From NCBI GenBank assembly GCA_015222055.1, contig JADFUR010000045.1, positions 6,860 through 70,859 on the forward strand: a DNA stretch of 64,000 nt, read 5' to 3'. Both the position numbers and the translations under genes were made by a program. The notes below the pieces were generated by a model. That model was not told the origin of the DNA and ran no database searches. It saw nothing but the letters and a program-made list of their open reading frames with translations. Origin of the DNA: Bacteroidota bacterium (GTDB lineage Bacteria; Bacteroidota; Bacteroidia; Bacteroidales; B39-G9). Positions 8,242 through 15,672 of this stretch are shown here, piece after piece. The stretch's first letter is position 1. Every line of letters starts with the position of its first letter.

Positions 8242-9369
8242 ATGAAAAAATATTTATTGGTAATATTGCTAATTCTTGGCTTCGAATCTTTTGGTTCCAC
8301 TTTAAATGTTGAGACAAAAACATTTAAAAATGGAAGAACAATAAGAGTTTGCCTACCGGAAAAATATACAAAATTTACTCTTAAACTACCTGTTATTTAT
8401 GTTTTTGATGGTCAGATATTATTTAATTATATAATTGGGTTATACGAATACAATTTTGATAAATACCCTCCTGCTATTATTGTAGGAATTGAACAATTAG
8501 ACAGAGGAAACGAATTTATAAAACAAAAAGAAGATTCTGCAAAAAAAACATTTTACAAATTTGAAGACTTTATAACAAAAGAATTAATTCAGTATATTGA
8601 TTCTAATTATAGAACTAATTCAATTAAAATTGGTATTGGGCATTCCCATGGAGGAACTTTTTTACTCAATAATTTATTATTACATAAAACTTTTACAGTT
8701 GGAATTTGCGTTAGTCCTACCTTATGGACAAATAAGTATGCAATTTTTCAAAACTATCAAGCTATTAAAAACAAATCAGATTTATCATTTCAACTTTATT
8801 TAGCTTATGGCGAAAATGACTTTAGTGCAATTAAAAAGGGCGTTTGTGATTTTAATCAAATGTTATTGTCTGATTCAACATCAAAAATAATTTCACATGT
8901 TGATGAATACAAAGGAGAAGACCACAACTCTGCAATTCTTGTAGGAAGTAGAAAAGGTTTAAATTACATATTTAAAGACTATGTCTTTCCGGAAAATAAA
9001 TGGGACTTGATGGAAGAATCTGCTAATGATTCAATGTTTTATACACATTATAAAAAACTTTCAAAAAAACTTAATTGTCAAATTATCCCATTAGAAGATG
9101 ATTATAATAGCTTGGGTTATTTCTATTTAGAGCTAAATAAGATTGATAAGGCTATGGAAATATTTAAAAAAAGCATGATTTATTATCCATATTCATCAAA
9201 TGTATATGATAGCTACGCTGACGCACTTGAAAAAAAAGGAGAACTTAAAAAGGCATACAAATTTTGTCAAAAAGCTTTAAAATTAGAACTTAAGACGGAT
9301 AATAACAGTTTTCAGATAGAACAATATAAGGGGCATTTAACAAAATTAGAAAAAGCTCTGGGAAAATGA
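8242..9369 (+). CDS. Secreted alpha/beta-hydrolase (esterase-family) protein with C-terminal TPR repeats
   Basis: Signal peptide MKKYLLVILLILGFESFG. GHSHGG nucleophile elbow (GxSxG). The C-terminal YDSYADALEKKGELKKAYKFCQKAL segment is TPR-like. Confidence 0.75.
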   Translation: MKKYLLVILLILGFESFGSTLNVETKTFKNGRTIRVCLPEKYTKFTLKLPVIYVFDGQILFNYIIGLYEYNFDKYPPAIIVGIEQLDRGNEFIKQKEDSAKKTFYKFEDFITKELIQYIDSNYRTNSIKIGIGHSHGGTFLLNNLLLHKTFTVGICVSPTLWTNKYAIFQNYQAIKNKSDLSFQLYLAYGENDFSAIKKGVCDFNQMLLSDSTSKIISHVDEYKGEDHNSAILVGSRKGLNYIFKDYVFPENKWDLMEESANDSMFYTHYKKLSKKLNCQIIPLEDDYNSLGYFYLELNKIDKAMEIFKKSMIYYPYSSNVYDSYADALEKKGELKKAYKFCQKALKLELKTDNNSFQIEQYKGHLTKLEKALGK

Positions 9370-9757
9370 AATACCAATTTATAATCAAGCAGATTGTCGT
9401 TTAACAAACTTTTGACAGAACACCTCTCTGCTTGTCGTTACCTCATGCTAATTCTTTTATTCCACAAAAATCTTCTTTTTATTAACTTTTTGATTTAACA
9501 ATAAAATATATCATATAAATAAAACAGCTTGGTGGGGCTTGTTGAAGTGTTATCCCTTATAGTATCTCTATAAAACAAAAATAAACAATCACTAGGATCT
9601 CTTGTATTTTCTTAAACAAAATCACAAAAAAATACATTTGTCTGAACTAAACACAAATATTTCACTTGTTTTTTTTAATTTCTAAGTGGTTGATTTTGTG
9701 TCCACTAAGCATTTAAAACTTAATCGTAAGTTAATTAACTAATCTTTTAGTTGCATA

Positions 9758-9781
9758 ACTTAAAATTAAGTTGTATGTTTG
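9758..9781 (+). promoter_or_regulatory. Palindrome ACTTAAAATTAAGT abutting a TATGTTTG -7 box upstream of blaI; candidate BlaI operator and promoter
   Basis: 14-bp perfect palindrome at 9758-9771. TAnnTTTG match at 9774-9781, 30 nt before the ATG at 9811. Confidence 0.45.
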
Positions 9782-9810
9782 TAAAGCCAATTAATTAAAT
9801 CTTAACAGTA

Positions 9811-10191
9811 ATGATTACTCTAACAAAAGCAGAAGAAAAAATAATGCAAATATTATGGGGAATAGAAAAGGGATTTATAAAAGACATTCAGAAAAAATTC
9901 CCTGATCCAAAACCTCCGTATAATTCTGTTTCTACTATTGTTAGAATTTTAGTAAAAAAGGAGATTGTTTCATTCAATAAGTTTGGGAATACTTATCAAT
10001 ACTATCCTATTATATCAAAAGAAGAGTATAGTAAATCTCAAATGAAAAATCTTGTAAGTAAATACTTTAATAATTCGTTTAAAAAAGTTGTTAATTTTTT
10101 ATCAGAAAACAAGGAGATTGATATTAAGGAAGTGAATGAGGTAATGGAAATGCTTGAGGAAATCAAAGAACAAAAAAAGAACTCAAAATAA
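9811..10191 (+). CDS. blaI: BlaI/MecI/CopY-family winged-helix transcriptional repressor
   Basis: 126 aa, LTKAEEKIMQILW..YNSVSTIVRILVKKEIVS. Sits immediately upstream of an M56 BlaR1-type gene. Confidence 0.85.
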   Translation: MITLTKAEEKIMQILWGIEKGFIKDIQKKFPDPKPPYNSVSTIVRILVKKEIVSFNKFGNTYQYYPIISKEEYSKSQMKNLVSKYFNNSFKKVVNFLSENKEIDIKEVNEVMEMLEEIKEQKKNSK

Positions 10192-10214
10192 TTTGAATCT
10201 AATTCAAAAAAGCT

Positions 10215-12263
10215 ATGGGAGCATTTATTTTATATTTGTTTGAGACATGTTTATGCTTGTCAATACTTTTTCTAGTGTATCTTATATCTTTTAGGAAAGA
10301 AACCTACTTTAACTTAAACAGGTTTTATCTTTTAGGAATAATGTTTATTTCTCTTGTTTTACCTATTGTTCATTTATCCTTTTCAATATCCTCTAATCCT
10401 TCTATTCACGAATCTGTTAGTGAAATTGGCAAAATCAGAAGTTACTACGCTGATATTATATCAATGACTGAGCAAGAATTTTCATATTTACCTTATGTTA
10501 ATTACGAATCAGCCATATTCGAAGATAATGAAAGTGTAGATTCCGGACTTAATAACACAAATCTGGCATATACTAAAAACGATAATAATATAACAAACAA
10601 TTCTTTTTTAAAAGGAATGCACCTTTCTCTGGCAAAAATTATTTTATTAATATATCTGCTTGGAGTTATATTTTTCTTATTCCGATTGTTATTTTTAACA
10701 AGATGGTTATTTCTTACAATTAGAAGCAATACTCATAAAAAATTTAAAGGTTACGAAATCATATTGCTCAATAAAGAAATTCCGCCTTTCTCGTTTTTAA
10801 AATACATTTTCATAAATAAGGAAACAGCTAATTTTCATGAATACGAACAGATTATAGCTCATGAGCTTGTTCATGTAAATCAGAGACATTCCTTTGATCT
10901 TTTAGTTGCAAATGGTTTAACTGTTTTTATGTGGTTTAACCCCTTGGCATGGCAATTACAAAAAGCAATAAAAACAACACATGAATATATTGCTGATAGC
11001 AAAGTTGTAAGCCAGGGTTATGAATTATTTGATTATCAATCATTACTGTTAAGACAATTGGTTGGCATACCATCAATAGGATTGGTTAATAATTTAAATT
11101 TATTATTCATTAAAAAAAGAATTATCATGATGACAAAAAAGAAATCTGGTTTTGCCTCAAAGATGAAGGCACTACTAATAATACCAGCAGCCTTAGTTGC
11201 ATTCATTTTGTTTGCAAACCTAACGCTTAAGAGTCCCGCTTTGAACTTTACAAATTACAATACAACAAAAAGTTCAAACCTTGAAGGAATATGGAAAAAC
11301 AACAGCAAAACAACTTATGGAAAATTATTGCTTTTTAAAGGCTCCAATCTATCCATTTTAGAACACGAAAAAAGTGTAAATGTTGTTGATCTAAGTATCC
11401 TCGTAAATGAAAAAGAATTTGTTATTCTCAATGGAAAACAAAAGCAAGGAGTTTTGAAATATGAAATTGAAAATAACAAGTTAAAAATATGGTGGAATGA
11501 GAATGAATTTTCAGTTTATTCGAAAACGAAATATTCAAATTCTGCTGAAGCTCTAATACCTAAAAAATTTAAGGACATTTCTCTTCCTTTAATGCAAGAA
11601 TCAAAAATTCTTGACAAAACTCAACTAATCTACAATATCTATGTTTACCCTGACAAATATTATGTAGAAGATGAAGAGTGTAACCTTGCTAAACTTAAGG
11701 AGTGTATTCAAAAAAGAGTGTCAAAATTCAATGTGTTAGACAAAATGTTTGCTACATCCAGATTATATATTGACAAATCGACAAACATGGAATCTGTTTA
11801 TAATCTGCTTCAGATTTTAAGAAAATTACAACTATATAAAATAGGTTTTGCAACAATTCCTAAGGGCGATATATCAAAATTACAATACCATTATTCTGCA
11901 TTACCACAAAAACTACCACCATTGGAAAAGGATGGTGCAAAATTGATGGAAATTGAAAAAATAAAAGACAGGTTAATAATACTTAAGCCAAGTAGTGATA
12001 TTAAAAAAACAGGTTCGGAATTTGAGAGTTTCATTGTAAAACATCCTGATTATATTGCAAGTTTACAATATAATAACACAACAAAGTATGGAGAATATTT
12101 GGCAATTATTGATATGACATTTAATGTTCTGTACAAATTAAGAGACCAATATTCCTTCGAAAAACATGGCATGAAATACTTGGACTTGCCAAAAAATTTA
12201 CAGAAAAAAATACGCAAGAAGTATCCAATGCGTGTTTCTCAGACAAATCTTGACGACGAATAA
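10215..12263 (+). CDS. M56-family (BlaR1-like) membrane metalloprotease/signal transducer with a long uncharacterised C-terminal region
   Basis: Multiple N-terminal TM segments. HEXXH motif in IIAHELVHVNQRHSFD. No penicillin-binding (SxxK) sensor domain is evident in the C-terminal ~370 aa. Confidence 0.8.
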   Translation: MGAFILYLFETCLCLSILFLVYLISFRKETYFNLNRFYLLGIMFISLVLPIVHLSFSISSNPSIHESVSEIGKIRSYYADIISMTEQEFSYLPYVNYESAIFEDNESVDSGLNNTNLAYTKNDNNITNNSFLKGMHLSLAKIILLIYLLGVIFFLFRLLFLTRWLFLTIRSNTHKKFKGYEIILLNKEIPPFSFLKYIFINKETANFHEYEQIIAHELVHVNQRHSFDLLVANGLTVFMWFNPLAWQLQKAIKTTHEYIADSKVVSQGYELFDYQSLLLRQLVGIPSIGLVNNLNLLFIKKRIIMMTKKKSGFASKMKALLIIPAALVAFILFANLTLKSPALNFTNYNTTKSSNLEGIWKNNSKTTYGKLLLFKGSNLSILEHEKSVNVVDLSILVNEKEFVILNGKQKQGVLKYEIENNKLKIWWNENEFSVYSKTKYSNSAEALIPKKFKDISLPLMQESKILDKTQLIYNIYVYPDKYYVEDEECNLAKLKECIQKRVSKFNVLDKMFATSRLYIDKSTNMESVYNLLQILRKLQLYKIGFATIPKGDISKLQYHYSALPQKLPPLEKDGAKLMEIEKIKDRLIILKPSSDIKKTGSEFESFIVKHPDYIASLQYNNTTKYGEYLAIIDMTFNVLYKLRDQYSFEKHGMKYLDLPKNLQKKIRKKYPMRVSQTNLDDE

Positions 12264-12427
12264 TGTTGATAGAATAAGCAAATTGAAATAAAGCATTGTG
12301 CGAGAAACTGGTAAATTTAATTTGCGATATTGAAAAAAATGGCTCATGAGATTAATTTCTTTTGGGCCATTTTTAATAATAATTGTTAATGCGTTTTTGT
12401 TTTTACTTCCTCAGTTTATCGTAGTCT

Positions 12428-12531
12428 CTGATTACAACATCAACTTGCACAAACGTATTGTATACTTTTTTAATGTTTTAAAAAAAAACACTCCCAAATT
12501 TATTTCTTTAATTCTTTTTCTGCTAACTTTG
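12428..12531 (+). repeat. Promoter-bearing repeat, copy R4 (-7 box TAACTTTG at 12524-12531)
   Basis: CTGATTACAACATCAACTTGCACAAACG..CTGCTAACTTTG aligns over about 170 bp (including the leader) with 15493-15652. Confidence 0.75.
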
Positions 12532-12558
12532 GTATTGATTATTAAATATATAAAGGAT

Positions 12559-12580
12559 ATAAGACACAAGTGTGTCTTAT
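12559..12580 (+). promoter_or_regulatory. Leader hairpin ATAAGACAC-AAGT-GTGTCTTAT downstream of the R4 promoter
   Basis: Perfect 9-bp stem. Homologous but weaker hairpins lie at 3985-4006 (R1) and 15624-15634 (R5). Confidence 0.45.
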
Positions 12581-12658
12581 TTGGTTGTTTAGCGGTAAGC
12601 TTTAAAAAGACGCAACCTTTACAACAATAAATGCATCTAAAAGAGAAAAAGACTAATC

Positions 12659-13120
12659 ATGAAAAATTTACTCCACCTTCCAAAAATAATTTTAATAGCA
12701 ATTATTTCATTTTGCATTTGTGCTTGTGACAAAGACGAGATTGACGTAGAATATGATATTGCAGGTGACTGGAAAGTTGTATCATACAAAACATCATCGG
12801 TAATTACCAAGACTGAAGAAAATACCTGGAATCAATTTAATAATGGTGATGTTACAGTTAGTTTCACTGAGCCTGAATTAACAAATGGAGAAATTACTGG
12901 AATAAAAGTCACCAACAGTTTTTCTGGCGAATACACAATTGACAACAAAGGTAATATTTCGATAAGTAATCTTTCTCAAACCTTAATTAATGAGCCTGAA
13001 TGGGGAAGATTGTTTGATACAATTCGAGAGGCGGAATCTTACGAGGTACGAGATAATCTCCTTATCATTTATTACAACAAGAGAAAAAATAACATTACTC
13101 TTGAGAAACTTAGTAACTAA
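12659..13120 (+). CDS. META-domain (HslJ-like) lipoprotein
   Basis: Lipobox ..FCICAC|D. DWKVVSY..VTVSF..GEITGIKVTNSFSGEYTIDNKGNISISNLSQT..LIIYY resembles the META domain. Confidence 0.65.
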   Translation: MKNLLHLPKIILIAIISFCICACDKDEIDVEYDIAGDWKVVSYKTSSVITKTEENTWNQFNNGDVTVSFTEPELTNGEITGIKVTNSFSGEYTIDNKGNISISNLSQTLINEPEWGRLFDTIREAESYEVRDNLLIIYYNKRKNNITLEKLSN

Positions 13121-13137
13121 AATTTATAAAAGCCAAT

Positions 13138-13325
13138 CGCTAAAAGCTATATATAATACGGGGTACAGCGGGTAATTCAACTGTAGTTCTCCATAACAAC
13201 ACCGACAATTCGTCTTTGACGATTTGGCTATAAAAACTAAAATATAAATAAACGAATTGGTTCAGTGGTAGCCCGATAGTGAAGCATTTCAAAATCCCGC
13301 ACTCCACATAGCCAAATCGTTAAAA
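13138..13325 (+). repeat. attC-like imperfect inverted repeat (site F)
   Basis: CGCTAAA(13138-13144)-A-GCTATAT ... ACATAGC-CAAATC-GTTAAAA(13319-13325). Inner stem GCGGG/CCCGC. CGCTAAA is the reverse complement of TTTAGCG at 12588-12594. About the same length as site B. Confidence 0.45.
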
Positions 13326-13400
13326 ACAATACAAAACAAAAGTCCACCTATATTGGAATATAAAATAGAAACAAAAATTTCACAGTAAAACAAAAAAATT

Positions 13401-13676
13401 ATGAAATACATAAAATTAATGAGTTACTTGTTTCTATTAGTCATGCTTTTAACAGGTTGTATTGAAGAGAAGTCTGTTACAATTTGTGACATAGACAATC
13501 CGCAGGAAAATTTAGAAAGGCTCAACCATTTGTTACAAAAAAGTTTTTGCACCGATGTGTATAAAATTGAGTACAACGGGCACAAATATATAGGCGTTTA
13601 CGATTGTCCGGTCGGTGCAGACTATGGTTGGATAATTTATAACTGTGACGGTACAATATTCTGCAAACTAATTTGA
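13401..13676 (+). CDS. Small Cys-rich lipoprotein, hypothetical; reading frame continues for 30 plausible codons past the TGA
   Basis: Lipobox LLTGC|I. After TGA 13674-13676 the same frame reads FTGQCDCPNDFIGNAKKTLIYHQDEPINH up to TAA at 13767-13769. Confidence 0.5.
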   Translation: MKYIKLMSYLFLLVMLLTGCIEEKSVTICDIDNPQENLERLNHLLQKSFCTDVYKIEYNGHKYIGVYDCPVGADYGWIIYNCDGTIFCKLI

Positions 13677-13817
13677 TTTACAGGGCAGTGCGATTGCCCC
13701 AATGATTTTATTGGTAATGCAAAAAAAACATTAATTTATCATCAAGATGAACCTATAAACCATTAAAAAATTAAAGTTATATCATAACAACATCCCTTGA
13801 ATGTCTTTAATTTTAAT

Positions 13818-13850
13818 ATATCAACATATTAGCAATTAATATGTTGATAT
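13818..13850. terminator. 12-bp-stem hairpin between convergent genes
   Basis: ATATCAACATAT(13818-13829)/ATATGTTGATAT(13839-13850). No clear T-run follows. Confidence 0.35.
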
Positions 13851-13873
13851 GTTTATTAGTTTATAATTCTTGA

Positions 13874-15301
13874 TTAAGCCCCGTGAAACTCATATACGGC
13901 TTGAATATCTACAGTTATACGAGTAAATAAATCTTCAATTAGCTTATCCGTAACATCAAGTGCAGACTGCATTACGTGATCAGAAAATTCTTGAATTAAT
14001 TCCTTAGCTCTAATCGGTTGATTTTTATAAATACGAAGATATTCTATCTCCATTTCTTTCATACGTTGATCATTCTCTGCTTCAAATTCAGCATATACCT
14101 TTTGAATAAGTGGTGCATATTTGTTATAATTAGTCATACCTAAGGCCTGTACCTTACGAAATTTCCAATAAGCCGAATCGTCAGAAGAAACATCTGTTCC
14201 TTTAGTATAAGGTTCAAGATAGCTACTAATTCCTTGATAATAAGGAACAAATACACCAAGAGCAGCCATACCCATAGCCATATAATCAACTTCTCCTATA
14301 GCTTGAGGCATATCAGAACGCACTTGAAGTATGTGAGTTTGAGTAGCCCTCATAATAGAAATTGGGCGATAAGCTTCCTTCGGATTATTATTTAAATAAG
14401 GATCGTGCTCAGTACCATTATAGTGGAAACGGAACGCAGTTCTTAAATCAGTAATACTAATAGGATTTTCAGGAAAAGCAAACACTGGAAAAGTATTTTT
14501 TGTTACATCATTTTTAATCTTAGGACTAAGCATTTTCTGAATTCCCCAAACACGTGGATAATTGTATGTGGTGTCTAATTTCACATCACGACTATAAGCT
14601 GTATGAAAATCGAATTCCCCTTTTGAAGGATCGTAAAATTTATGTTCTTTAGCGAAATCTATTAAATCTTTAGTTGCTAAAAAATTAGTTTTATCTTTTG
14701 GATTATATTCGCGAAAGCGACTCTGATTACCACTACAAAAATACTGATCATCTTTCATATTACAGGCTAACCAACGATGTCCGCAAGCTGTTTCAAGATA
14801 CCAAATTTCATTTTTATCAATAAAGCCGATTCCAAATCCTTCGGCAACCCCATATTTTTCTATTAAACTTCCTAACCTAAGTGCACCCTCACGAGCAGTC
14901 TTTATATAAGGTAATACTATATTAAATGCACTGTTTTCAGCAACGCCACTTTCTACAAGAGGGTCAAATTCTAGAACGGCATCACTACTAAAAATACTTT
15001 CTGTAGCACTCATTCCTACACCTTGAGAATTAAAGCCAGCACTACCCCAATGACCCGGAAGACAATATGGAGCTAATGCAGTATAACCAAATCTTTTTTC
15101 AGGTAAAGGGCAGCGAAATGGGCTGTCTTTTGCTACAAATTCTTTAGGACCATTATCTGTGTCCTCATACATTTCAAGATTTTTAGCTTCTGTAGCATCC
15201 CAATCTTCAGATCTAGCTACTATCCTTGATCCATCAGCAGTAGCCTTATTTCCAACTATTATAGTCGTACACTCTGAAGGATATTTACTTTTATTTTTCA
15301 T
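13874..15301 (-). CDS. C69-family dipeptidase
   Basis: 475 aa. N-terminal ..SECTTIIVGNKATADGSRIVARSEDW has the nucleophile Cys typical of peptidase C69 (PepD-like). Confidence 0.85.
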   Translation of the reverse strand: MKNKSKYPSECTTIIVGNKATADGSRIVARSEDWDATEAKNLEMYEDTDNGPKEFVAKDSPFRCPLPEKRFGYTALAPYCLPGHWGSAGFNSQGVGMSATESIFSSDAVLEFDPLVESGVAENSAFNIVLPYIKTAREGALRLGSLIEKYGVAEGFGIGFIDKNEIWYLETACGHRWLACNMKDDQYFCSGNQSRFREYNPKDKTNFLATKDLIDFAKEHKFYDPSKGEFDFHTAYSRDVKLDTTYNYPRVWGIQKMLSPKIKNDVTKNTFPVFAFPENPISITDLRTAFRFHYNGTEHDPYLNNNPKEAYRPISIMRATQTHILQVRSDMPQAIGEVDYMAMGMAALGVFVPYYQGISSYLEPYTKGTDVSSDDSAYWKFRKVQALGMTNYNKYAPLIQKVYAEFEAENDQRMKEMEIEYLRIYKNQPIRAKELIQEFSDHVMQSALDVTDKLIEDLFTRITVDIQAVYEFHGA

Positions 15302-15492
15302 ATAAAATGATTTTAGAGTATATTTTTTTAAATATTATTTTAGCAAGTTACTAAAAAGGCAAAGAAAAGGTAAATATCAATGTGGTTTTTTTCTGTAAAT
15401 TCAGAGATGGCACAAGCGGAACGCTTGCACCAAAAAAAAGATTGACTTGATGAAATGGACAAAAAACAAAAGGCTCCCACTTGTCAGAGTAT

Positions 15493-15598
15493 CTGACTAC
15501 AACCTCATCTTGCACAAACACATTGTCTGTTTTTTTAATATTTAAACCAACTTTAAAAAAAATCACAATCCCAATTTATACTTTTTTTGCTAACTTTG
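15493..15598 (+). repeat. Promoter-bearing repeat, copy R5 (-7 box TAACTTTG at 15591-15598)
   Basis: CTGACTACAACCTCATCTTGCACAAACAC..TTTAAACCAACTTTAAAAAAAATCACAATCCCAATTTATAC..TGCTAACTTTG aligns with R3 and R4. Confidence 0.75.
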
Positions 15599-15672
15599 AT
15601 TTTGACTATTAAACACATAAAATACACAGTGTGTCTTATGTAGGTATTGGTAACCAAATAAAAAAAAAGATT

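Noticed and set aside
7045-9369. A third and fourth clean cassette (NYN-LOTUS, esterase) following site C
   Set aside because: The unit starting TTGAGC at 7045 should end with a GCTCAAC-type box. I found none in the intergenic regions 7989-8241 or 9370-9810 (only TCTCAAC at 7193-7199, before the gene). These genes are therefore reported as island cargo without defined cassette boundaries.
12346-12630. 94-aa ORF in the track (hydrophobic, could pass as a small membrane protein)
   Set aside because: It lies entirely over promoter repeat R4 and its leader. The homologous sequence in the other four copies is not open in a conserved frame. The same applies to the minus-strand ORF 15351-15566 over R5 and to ORF 8115-8300 over R3.
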